Below, piece after piece: positions 31,966 to 46,609 of a DNA stretch of 64,000 nt. Below the pieces are notes generated by a model that was not told the origin of the DNA, made no database searches, and saw nothing but the letters and a program-made list of their open reading frames with translations. The stretch's first letter is position 1; every line of letters begins with the position of its first letter. The stretch lies in NCBI RefSeq assembly GCF_000315625.1, contig NW_005434639.1:532134-596133 (forward strand), written 5' to 3'. A program made the position numbers and the translations under genes. This stretch comes from Guillardia theta CCMP2712 (taxonomy: Eukaryota > Protista > Cryptophyta).

Positions 31966-32690
31966 ATCATCTGTGCACTGGGTCAATCATGGCAGCAAAT
32001 GAGCGGGGATGAGGTAACTCCAGGCGAAGATTCAGTGGGGTGGGGTAGTGACCAGAACATCTAAAGCAGGGGGTACATTATCATGTAATTTCGAGGGTAC
32101 GGGTAACCTTTGAGGGGGTAATCAAAATCAAGTGGAGGGGTAATCAGGTTGCCAGAAATAGATGATGCTGGACCGAGAGACGGGAGATGGCGAAGGAGGG
32201 CTGAGATGTAGGAGGGAGAAGGCGTGAGAGGATGTCTGATCCCTTTGAAGAGACCATGTGTAGCACGTGCAGGGAGACAGGAGCACGAGCTAGAGGAGGA
32301 GAGGAGCAAGGTGCTGAACGAAGGAGGTGTTCAATGTTTCTTGTCAGCTCAGAAGCCGAGTCAGTTTGCTTGCTTTGAAGTGATTGATACATGGCATGAG
32401 AGATGTCAAATTTCAATCAGGTTGTTTAGGATGGAGGCACAAACTCAGGGGCCCCTTAGTTTCCCACACGTGCGATTGGGTATGTTGGAAGCAGCACGTT
32501 GAGAATAGCGAGTCCAATTCAAGGGTTGACCTATACAAGGGTTGACCTCTAAGATTGATTCTAATGAGCAACATGCTTCAATTATTTCATGGCTGCATGC
32601 AGAGATATCACGATATCTCACATAATTGACTTCACTCCAACCATGCCAATGTCTTGTTTTCGTCTTGCAATCGACTGACTCTCTGCCAGA

Positions 32691-33080
32691 ATGGTCTTCA
32701 AGCTCATCACCACAATGCTCCAGGCCACTGATGGCGGCGCAACTCCAGCAGCCCCTGGCTCCATCACTGACACGTACAATGCCACACAGGTGTGTGGACT
32801 TTTGTCTCCTTGTGTCTGTGTGGCTCCCAGACTAACTTGTCGTCAGGACGTCAACATCATCGACGCCCCTGCTCCTCGTCCTGATCAGCTTCCTATGGGA
32901 TCATCAAGAAACACCTGGCCCAACATCGTGAACAACAAGGTGAGTGGTTGCGTGTTGCTACATGCGTGTTGTGATGCCGTCTGACAGCGCACCGTTATCT
33001 TCTGCACTACTCAATTTTCTTACCTTCGCAACCGTGAGAACTGCATTCATGACTTCACCGGAGGCCCTCTCCTCGCCTAA
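32691..33080 (+). CDS. Small three-exon hypothetical protein (~77 aa)
   Basis: MVFKLITTMLQATDGG...YNATQ|DVNIIDAPAPRPDQLPMGSSRNTWPNIVNNK|NCIHDFTGGPLLA*, with two phase-0 GT-AG introns. Confidence 0.55.
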
Positions 33081-33271
33081 AGGCCCTCACGTGTAGCCAT
33101 GCACACCATGTTTCACGTGTAGCCATGCAAACTATGTACAGGGACAGAAGGTCTTGCAAGTATCTTGACGATTAAAGATGCACCCAGCATGTCGATGAAA
33201 GGGAGAGTTTGTGGTTGCAGACAAATTCAATCATGTCAATGCTCTTGTTCCTTCTCATGAGGACCTCGTGT

Positions 33272-36623
<3,352 letters not shown>

Positions 36624-37336
36624 CTTTCAAGCCAATTCAGTGCTCACTCCTCCTGTCGTCAAAAAATCAATCGTCTTGCGAAAAACAAAAGTGGGGAGAC
36701 GGGAATGCATGTGAGCAATAACATATTTCTCACAAGATTCCAACTTAAATTCATCTCTATCTTGCAGCTCAATCTCTTCTGAACTAAGCTCTCTGCTTCT
36801 CGCCTCAGTTCCCCTTCAACCCCATTTTTCTTATTTTCCGTCATATTCTCATCTGTTACTGCCCCTCAAACCTCAACCTCGTCTTCTCTCAACCCCTTCA
36901 TCTGTTTCCCTTCATTCTTCTGCACCTGCACCTCAGCATCGAGCGAGAGCACGTTTTCAGAGAGGACAGCAGTTCGCGCCATCTCTCTGCTGGCACTCAA
37001 GTCCACTCATCGCTCCGGCCTCGCAACGAGCTTCTACTTGTCTCTCAGTGCCATGTGCCTTCTCCTCCCTGCGCTCTTGCATGCATGTCGCCTACCCCCG
37101 CTTCCCTCTCTGGATGGCACTACCCCCCTTAGGATAGTAGTACCCCATCCTTCAAGAATAGCACCCCCTCATATCCCTTTCATTACCCCCTGTTTTAGTA
37201 GTATTTCCCCGGCTACCTGATGTGGTACCCCCCAGACACTGTTTTCTGGATCTGGTCAGAAATTTCAACAGGATCTGCAGGAGATCTTTTGTCCTAGCTC
37301 GGGCTGAGCGATCTGCCCGAGCAAGGAGCAAGGACC

Positions 37337-37560
37337 TCTTGCAGATGGTTGTTAGATGTATGTCTTGCAGATGGTTGTTAGATGTATGTCTTGCAGATGG
37401 GTTGTGAGATGTATGTCTTGCAGATGTGTTGTTAGATGTACAGTAATGTGTTTTACCCGCACAAAATAAAAAGTGCCTCAAGCAGAAGAAAGCAGGAACA
37501 GGTGTATGTCTTGCAGATGGGTTGTGAGATGTATGTCTTGCAGATGGGTTGTTAGATGTA
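37337..37560 (+). repeat. Minisatellite of ~26-27 bp (GATGTATGTCTTGCAGATGG(G)TTGT(T/G)A), about 6 copies in two blocks
   Basis: Visible tandem copies at about 37337-37440 and 37501-37560. Confidence 0.85.
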
Positions 37561-38984
37561 AAGCTGTCTCCTAGCTCTTCAGTCTCCGACCTTGCTAGGC
37601 TTGTTAAACAAACCGATGCTTTCCTTCGCCTTGCCACCCTCCGCTCCCCACCTTCCTTGCCAAGACAACAGTCATGATGTATATTGTGATCATGGTCACA
37701 TGTGTCTGGACGCTGATAGAAGGCTCACAACCTGCAGTCGATACATCTCCCCTCTCTTGCTAATCCTCATGCCTCTGCAAAAACTATACGAAAGCTCCGA
37801 TAGAGCTTCCTGCCTCCCTCCAGGCCCTTCGTCCTATCCTTGACCGATCGGTCCCTGCAGGCCCTTTGTCCTATCCTTGACCGATCGGTCGTGATCAATG
37901 TTCACGTATAGAGCTCTCCGCCAGTCCTACAATCCTGATCTCCTCTCCATAGCAGCATTTGCTGAGGCATCATCCTCCCTCCCTGTAGGAAATCTGTTGG
38001 CTCCTTCTCATAAGTTCTCCTCGAGCTTGCAACAGTCTACGAAGAGACCATGCTCCCCCTTCTGCTTACCGCACCCTTCCTCGTGGTGGCTGCTCTCGAA
38101 AGCGACGGTCGAGAGCACCTGCTATACAAGAGAGCAATCGAGAGAGCAAAGAGAGCGTGTGAGAAACGGACTTTTGTCACACGCTGGACGATGATAATTG
38201 CAGAGGCTGTACAACCAGCAGCCAGATCATCTAAGTTTGTAGTCAGACAGGGACCCATCCTCGTTGCCTGGCTCTGGTGAAGGTTGCCAGTACTTTGCCT
38301 GTAGGTCCTCTTAAAGGGGTGTTTCAAGACAGAGGTCGAGGACGACAGCTCATACACTAAAGAATCATTTTATTCGCCAGGGAGGCAATTTTGTCATTGC
38401 ATGTTTACTGAGTCTGTTGAAGAATTCCCCAAAGACGACCAAGATTATTCATGTTGTATGGAGCCTACACAACACTTACAAAATTCATGATCTCTTCCCT
38501 TTCTCAAGTCCTTCGAATATATGATCGGGCTTTTTTCCCTCGCCATGTCACTTCATTGTACAAAAAATCTCACTCCTCAACTTTGCAAGTTTCAATGGTA
38601 TCCTGCCTACGGAATTCTAGTTTTTCGAATCAATATACCTGTCTTTTTTTCGACATCTGATATAACGTTTATACTGAAATCGAGAGAATGCTCGGCTTTG
38701 AAATTTGTATGATAGCAGTAGAGAACATAAAAGAATCAATCTCTTCTAAGACATAATCGAGGCATTCAGGCCATGAAGACAGTAATCTTTGTCATCGTAA
38801 ACTCACATTTCGCTCTCGTCAGCTCAAAAACACTAGTGCGATGATCAAAGGCCAAACACATTCGTATCGAGGAGGAAAGGACAGCGATGCCATGAGCCTG
38901 AAGAGAGCTGAAGGAAGACACCGAGAGGAGGCAGAGGTTCCTACATGTGGTGAACTATGGACGGTGCGCTATACGATACCTGGT

Positions 38985-39002
38985 CTTAACTTTGAGTAAA
39001 GA
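38985..39002 (-). repeat. Dispersed motif, truncated copy 3 (first 18 bp)
   Basis: The reverse complement reads TCTTTACTCAAAGTTAAG, 18/18 identical to the motif start. Confidence 0.75.
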
Positions 39003-39551
39003 TTGCCTGGTCCCCTTTCCCCACCTGCCGGGGAAGGGATTCTCAAAATGCTTTTAAAAACCACCTTTCGGCCTCCAAATCCCCAACGTTTCAGAAGCTA
39101 GCTCTCAAGACGTAGTAAAGATCAGTGTAGCATCTGAGATTAGTGATGGACATAAGAAATCGAGCACCCTTACAGGTACTCACGAACGCTATATTATTTG
39201 AGGCTGTTTGATCAGTCTCTTCCTGCCGTTGAACTGCTGCGTCGCACAACACTTTCCGTCCCCCCTTCCCTCCTTTATCCGTTGACGCCCCTCTGCTCTC
39301 CCTCCCCCCGCCCTCCTGCCCACTACCTGCCGTGCTCGTATCCTTGTGTACTTGCATCAGAACACCTGCTCCGAGAAGAATTCGTCTTTGGCTGCCGTCA
39401 GGAAATCAGAATGGTTGGCTCGCAGCATTACCGGTTCGGGTAATTCCTGCCAGTTAACAGGGATCTACAATGCAGTTGTCAAAGAGACCTTCATTCATTT
39501 TTATTAAGATCGAAACAATATTTCAAAAGCCAGGGATAAGATTTATGCATC

Positions 39552-39887
39552 ATGATTTTAGTCCGTGCTGATACCTTTTTATTGACCATCGTGCTGTCGA
39601 TCGCGGTGGTAACCGAAAGCAATCCGATTTACCTCAGAAAGGAGCAGAATGCTGGTTCTGCAGTCAGACAGGTTCCTGACCAGTGCATTGTAGCTGAAAA
39701 GGATCCGAGCAGAAATCGAAATCACTTGAGGTTGAGGGGAGGAGTGGTGGTGGACGTCAGCCATCACGCCTTCCAGCACCCGTCAAAGTCTCAGCCCGAT
39801 GCTCCAATACCTCTGCAAGAAAGCCACAAGCTGTTTCCCGGAACGAAGCGACCAAAGCTGAGTAGGACCATAGAAGACGCTTGTTGA
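39552..39887 (+). CDS. Small protein (or first exon) with signal peptide and LRLRGG motif
   Basis: MILVRADTFLLTIVLSIAVVTES...NHLRLRGG; no other domain recognised. Confidence 0.45.
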   Translation: MILVRADTFLLTIVLSIAVVTESNPIYLRKEQNAGSAVRQVPDQCIVAEKDPSRNRNHLRLRGGVVVDVSHHAFQHPSKSQPDAPIPLQESHKLFPGTKRPKLSRTIEDAC

Positions 39888-39952
39888 TGCTCAGCTTCTT
39901 ACACGACGCAGAGCCGATTGATCGCTACGGCGGGTTATGCTCGAATCTGTTT

Positions 39953-39983
<31 letters not shown>

Positions 39984-40299
39984 CTGTTATTGTCGTTGTT
40001 GTCATTGAAGATTTCACAACGTGATGAGATATTAGCGCATGCACGCTTCAGCTTACCATACCGGCTCCTAGACTCAATTTCAGCTATTGTAGACGCACTG
40101 CACTGCACACTCAAACGTAATATTGGTTGAGTCTGGGCAGTGATTATTATAGGCAGTACTTCAAAACTTGCCATTGCCAAGTGTCGTACACTGCCGAACT
40201 GCCGAACTGATTGGATGACGGTTTCAAGTTTTGACTTCATCATTCTGCAACGGCGATTGATCAACCCGATGCCACACGTGACACGTAGCCTGATTATCT

Positions 40300-40640
40300 C
40301 ATGACTGGCCGATCATCGGCGGCGATGTATCAGTAGTATTGCGGCGCCCGGGCCCGTTAGATGCCATCATCGATGCCGCTGAAGCACTGTGACTGCTGCA
40401 GTGGACCGGGTACGCCGACCGTCTGGGGCAACGGGTCACAGCTCCCCACTGGCCCGGGGTTCAGTGGCACAGCTGCGCGGCCGGGGCGCCCGGCCGCCAC
40501 CGCGGCGGTCACGGTGCTGATCGCTCACAGAGTCAGCAAAGACGGTGCATGATCTGGGTGCATGATCATTGACTTAGAGTCTGAGCAAGGATTGGTGCAA
40601 AGTCACAAGTTACGGTCGGGGGCCGGTCTGTGACGAGCCG
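40300..40640. other. GC/CpG palindrome-rich island
   Basis: Rich in CCGG, GGGCCC, TGATCA and CACTG; non-coding; upstream of the RWP-RK gene. Confidence 0.65.
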
Positions 40641-40912
40641 TGACTGGCACGAACTTGGATCAAGTTTGGATGGCCTCGTCACCGCTCACTCCGACGTCAG
40701 ACGTGTCAGATGGCAGCCCCTCGACGTTAGTACCTATTTTACTACCAGTGAGGCAGCCCCCGGCGAAACTCGCGAAACGGTGTGTCTTTAGGTCTATCTC
40801 CCGCAATCCATCCCCGCTTCGCCTCCTTGAAAGTCGTGTCCTCCCAGTCTCGCATCGCTACCATCCACACACACACACGTTGCGACCTTGTTCTCACTCC
40901 ACACAATCTCAC

Positions 40913-41489
40913 ATGGCACATCAATCCATCACGGTCCAAGCAAGGAGAATGATCGGATCAAAAAGACACACCTACAATGTCACGCTCGACCTTCAGACCA
41001 TCACGCCGCTCTTCTCCAGGCGACAAGAAGAAGCTGCTGCGTTTCTAGTGAGCAGTCATACTATTTCAGCACTATGTATGTGTGACGTTTGCTACTCAGG
41101 GACTTTCATTGACGTCTCTGAAGGCTGCTTGTCGAAAACTCGGCATTTTTCGATGGCCATATACCCGTCCAGGCTATGCTTCGCATGGTTCCAATAGCTC
41201 TTCAGGCGATGATCCCAATAGCTCTTCAGGCGATTCGCATGAGAGCATAGCTGTATACACCCCTGAACCGACAGAGGCAAGCTCATCTGCTGCACTTGAC
41301 CTTATCGAGAATGCATCAGGAACAGAAGGTCTGAATGAAATATTCGATGGATTCTTGCCAGCATCAAACGATGAGATGGTAACAGAAATCGCCTCGTCTG
41401 TGTCGAACGAAATTCTTGATAGCAGGTGGCTCTCATGGTTTATCAACTGCGATGAAACAAGTTCAATCAGCATAGATGACGATGAGTGA
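40913..41489 (+). CDS. RWP-RK transcription factor, two exons (intron 41048-41099)
   Basis: LDLQTITPLFSRRQEEAAAFL|GLSLTSLKAACRKLGIFRWPYTR, followed by an acidic Ser-rich tail. Confidence 0.9.
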
Positions 41490-41689
41490 TGGAGTTGGGC
41501 AACTGAGCGGCACTCCTTGGCGGTACGGTATGAGTCAAGACTCCCATTGCAGTTGGTCAATTGTGATCGCCTCTCGAATGAAGTTCTCATACCGTACTTG
41601 GTGAGTGAAGCCGCTCTCAAGATGCCGTAACAGTTCAACGCCGCTCTCACATCTCAGCCTTGTTGCCAAGTTGGTTCAACGGTTCAAGC

Positions 41690-42065
41690 TCTGTATCGAC
41701 TTAGTTACCGTACGATCATGAATCGACTCAGTTGCATCTTCGTGCCATGATCGGTTTCTCGTCACGTTCAGGTTAATCACAATAGACTCAGTCGCGCGAC
41801 TGAGTCGTGGCGGCATCCGAGTCCGGCGGGGGCGACAGCAGTGCAGCACTGAGTTGATGATTTTTAACTTTACTTCGAGTAAAGATGATGATCGGACTCG
41901 TGATGATCGGAGAGGCAAACATGGTGAGGCAAACTTTGAAACATGGCTCCAAGTCGGCCGGGTCGAGCCTGTCACTGACGGGCCCGGCCCGGCGCCGGTT
42001 ACTATCGAGTCACGGTTCAGGCTGCTCCCGGTCCGGCGCCGGAGCCTCGGAGTTTTACGATGGTA
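41690..42065. other. GC/CpG palindrome-rich island containing motif copy 4
   Basis: Rich in GACTC/GAGTC and CCGG; downstream of the RWP-RK gene. Confidence 0.65.
41858..41885 (-). repeat. Dispersed motif, copy 4 (26/28 match)
   Basis: The reverse complement reads TCTTTACTCGAAGTAAAGTTAAAAATCA. Confidence 0.85.
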
Positions 42066-42799
42066 TTGATAGTACAACAAGTACCAAAGTAAAAAGCAAA
42101 AACTTAGTAAAGTACTACTTTCTAAAACTATTTACAGCGATCCATCTACAAATAACTCATAAATTATTATATTATTATATTATGATTTATTCGTCTGAAT
42201 CCAAGAGGCAAATATGGTGAGTTGGAGAGAGGAACTGAAGGGGCGAAAAGAGGAGGAGAGGGATGTAAGGGGGAAGAGGAGGTTGGGAGAAATGCATACT
42301 GTAGATATGGATAGAAATACAATCAGGGAGACAGAGGCAGAGACAGAGGCGGAGATGACAGTCATTGGCGACTGTAGCTGTCGATTTTTTGACTCCTGAT
42401 GAGCGTCAATTTAGTTGCACCATTTGTTGTATATCGTTACTCTCTTTTTGTTGCATCTGTTCTCTTATTTGTAATCCTCTGTACATTTACCTGACTATGT
42501 CAACATACTTCATTTTTCGTGACAAGCTTTGACAGCTCTTCACTGTTCTGTTTGGCAACAACCACACAAAGCTCGTCGAGGAAGCTCAGAATGAATTCGG
42601 AACTGTGAGCGAACTAATTTTCATGGTTGATCTCGTTGACTGACCTCCATGTATGATAGGACTCCCTGAACAGCAACGTTCAGCAATTGTTTCACCTCCA
42701 AAACTTCCACTAGATTGCTTGAGAGATTAAGCTATGAATCGAAAGATTTAAGGTATAAATCATAACAAGTATCAATGACACAGCGAGGTACATCTCGCT

Positions 42800-44381
42800 A
42801 ATAATAAGCTCCGTGTTTGCATTCACGAGGTTATCAATGAGTTGAGCTCTCGTGATGTTGTTCACGCTCCAAGAGCTCTTCGCATTCGGCGATCCGTTTC
42901 GAGCATTGCTGCAAACGCAAGAGATTAATTGACACGCTGAACACCCTAAGAGAGATGGATTACCGCGCTTTCGTCCCTCATCCCGACTCTGGCATACTCA
43001 TCTCTAGCCACCTGACAAAGACTCGTCACCACGCAACACCACCTTGAGTTTGATTTGTACCTGCAAGTGTTCGATTGCACCGAAATAATCTTCCGCTTCG
43101 AAATGCGAATCTGATATCGCCGACATCAGCCCGAAACAGCCGAAAATCTTTTGACAATACCGGCATTCTCCAGAGCGTGCTTGGCCATGCTGACCGCGGC
43201 ATCTCGCTGCAAACCGAAATGTAACACCCTGAAACAATACACTCTCTATGTTACAAACCTGGGCTTTGGTCTTCTCCGCCAGCATATCTGCAATTTTCTC
43301 AAAATCATCAAGCTGAACCTAGAAAACAATCATAGAGTCATCCATTCGCGAAATTGTCTTGGAGATAATCACCGATTCCTCAAGATGCAGGATCCCCTTC
43401 TTAATCTTATCTTTGGTTATCCTCGCGAGATCCTGCAGGAGAAATCGCTCGTCAAGCATCATCGTTTCTGCAAGCATTTCTCTCACGACCTCAGGCGTAT
43501 GGCCTGACTTGTCTGGCATGTTCGCAACTGCACCTAAATCCAAGAGCATGTGGGCAGCGTGCACCCTGCCATGCCTGCGAGATCTCTCAGCTCAGCAAGG
43601 GAGAGGATGCAGGAGCTACCGAACGGCGAAGTGCAGTGGAGACCATCCAGCCACGTTGGGTGCATCCACATCGCATCCCTCCTTGCACATCCACTGCATC
43701 GCTTTCGTGCGCCCGTACTGCACGGCATAGTGCAACGGCCGTGTGCCTTGGTTGCAGCCCCAGTCAAGCAAAATGCTCTTGGGGGCTTGCAAGGGCTCAC
43801 ACCTGACGAAGTCGTAGTCTCAATGTTTGCTCCAGCCTTGGCGAGCATTTCTAAGATCTGCAAGAGATTCAGATTGTTCGTTTGAGCACAGTAAAGGACC
43901 TCCGAGTTTCCACATCTCGCTGCATCGTGTGCGGGAGTCCAGCCATCGTAGTCGGTACCCTGACAAACGATTTGTAAGAGGATCAACCCATGACAGACAG
44001 AAACACGCATGGATCAACCCATGATAGAAAGAACAATCACCTTGTTCGGGTCTGCGCCATTCTCGAGAAGGGCCGAGACAGAGTTCTTGAGGCCCTTACT
44101 GCAAGCCCAGTGCAACGGCGTCCATCCAATCTGAAGAGAATGGTGAGGGAAGGTAAGTAAACGGGCACGAAATCACCGCATCGGGCTCATTGATCATTCG
44201 TTTGTTACTCGGATCTTTGAAGAAATCGTTCAACTCCTCATCGTCGTCGTTGAGGCTGCGAAATAGTCAAAGGTTTCAACTGCCCAAGGACGAACTAGTG
44301 TTACATTATGTCGTGCAGTACCGTCCGCATTTGCTTTGCTCCGCTTGTTTTACCTATTCTGCACAGAGACTCGTCATTCAT
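42800..44381 (-). CDS. Ankyrin repeat protein with a possible C-terminal TPR-like helix pair (multi-exon)
   Basis: IGWTPLHWACSKG...LLENGADPN, DGWTPAHDAARCGNSEV, LAKAGANIE, LLDLGAVANMPDKSGHTP. 3' end approximate. Confidence 0.78.
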
Positions 44382-46609
44382 TGTCGGAACAGAAACATCC
44401 ACTTGCTCAGTCCTACTCTGATCGAGCGCAGGGACAAACAAACTGAAATCTTAACGGGGATTGACTGAAAATGATGCAAGGAGCCTGCACAAGGCTTTTC
44501 CCCACCACAACATCATAAGATCCCATCAGATATTGTATTCCATGGTGACTCTGCATCTCTTTGTTGAAATCTGCTCCTCCTCCTCCTCCTCCCTCCTCTT
44601 GCTACTTCAACTTTGAAAAACCTTCTCCCCGCCATGGTCCGGACCAGGTAAATGGACCCAAACTCAACTCCAACCACCCCCTAAAACCCTACCACCCACC
44701 CCCAACCTCTCTGAGAGTTTTGAAAGATAAAAATCAGCAGGCGCTTTTTCCGCGTCATTGCTCATTACAGTGATCAGTAGTCACGAGTAGGTTACAGTTG
44801 CAGGTCAGACGCACATGTCCTCTACGTAGAAGCAGCACAGAAGTCAGCGCGCATGAGGAGACACACAGCAGCAGAATTGGGCTGATCTCACGATTTAGAG
44901 GAGCAAGGATACGGTCGGGGACACTCGAGCTTTCTGCTTTTCCTTCCCCACCTCTCTTGCCTATCACTGCTGCAGCACACGCCTTCCTGCGTGGGTGTCG
45001 TGGAACATTAGTGTGCCACAAAATGCATCTCCTTTGAATATCGATTCTTTATGTATCCAAGGACCAGGATGTATCAGCCATCGAGACAGTCGAAATCGAA
45101 CTAGCAAGCCCCGACTGTAAACTCGCTCCACTGTTTCTTATGCTAGTGCTGGCCAGGCATTTCGTCGAGCCCAACAAATTTCGGTTTGTTCTTGTGTTTT
45201 GGCTCGGCCAATTTGTTTTTGTTCCCATCACTATTCTTCACAAATTTGTTAGGACGTCAAACTCCTGTTTCTGTGGATTCGCATAAAAGAAGAGCAGAGA
45301 AACAAGGGAGTTCCAATAGTATTCACTCAGTCACACAACACTACAACTGACTGAGATAGTAAACCTCCCGTCGCCTCTAATTATTGTGTCACACTTTCAA
45401 GTCTTAGTGATGGCAGACGTTTACAGCAAATGCTCGTACAAGTTGTTCCAGTCGTGATGGTCACAGGGCCAGCCGCGTGATCCTTCTCCTCAAGGTGCCA
45501 ATTCGGAGTTTGTCTGATGCTGCTGCAAGTTGACGCCAAGTAGAGTCTTGTGGCGGGTGTTTGCGAGTTCGAGTCGACCTCCTTCAACTTTCATCGCTCT
45601 GATCCACCTCGTGCACAGCTTGTCCTCCCATCGAAGCAAGAGGATTGATGCCTCAGCAGTTTAAATAAATATCAAGACACACAAATTTGAGACATTTTGT
45701 ATTGGTAATTTGCTGAAAATATTTAACCCCTGAATACACGATACGATTCCCATTGAAAGCAATTTTCCTGAGGTATCCTTACTTCAGGCAGGCAGACTGC
45801 ATGCAAGATGGAGTCTTTCAACCGTGCCATAGCTGTGAGCAAAATGGGTTGTGCTGAGGAGAGTGCTATTGTTGCCTTCAAGTTTAACATTTCAGTCTCA
45901 ACTGTGTTCCGGTATTATGATTGTGACTGCAACATGAGTGTTGTGGTTAAAAACCATGAAGTTCCTTTTGCATACTACTTCATATCCTGCTCTTAAGGGA
46001 CAACTCTGCACCAGCTCAAGCAGGCATCGCACACACCTTGCAAGCGCTCTTGTTCCGAAGGCATTTTAATTCTGTTTGACCACCATCTTGTGTTGTTTGA
46101 AGTGAAGGTAAAACGGCCTGTAACGGTAACCCTAGCCAGAAGCCGGACTGATAAAGTCTTTTTTTATTGCAACCTGTAGGGTAGGGTAGGGTCAATCGAC
46201 AAGATAGGGGTGTGTAGCCTGATGAATGCATTACCTCAAGGAGGGTGGGTGGGCAAGAAGGCAGCTCAGGGCTCACTCCACCACCCCTCCTGCTTCATCA
46301 GTCACCGTGGCATCTTTGAAAGCGTAGTTGAGAAAGGGGATGAAAGAGAAGGCAGGAGAGAGGAGAAGGTGGAGAGAAACGGTAGAAGTGTGGTGGATCA
46401 AAGTGCTTCTTGTGACAGAAAAGCATGTTGATGTTGTCTGCTCAGGTGTTAAGCCCCTCTCATCCGTAATCGACAAAGAAAGCCATTCTGTACATTCAGA
46501 TACTTAGGATTGCTTCAAACATTTCTTGCCTGGCGGCAACTACATCCTGAGGTATCATTGCCAAAGCATTTATCTTTATCTTACTGTACTATATTTGAGG
46601 TCGAACTTG

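Noticed and set aside
37337-37560. Possible CRISPR array
   Set aside because: The units are directly adjacent with no unique spacers, there are no cas genes, and the context is eukaryotic. It is a minisatellite.
44750-46500. Short ORFs upstream of the receptor gene
   Set aside because: No recognisable domain or consistent exon chain could be supported by eye.
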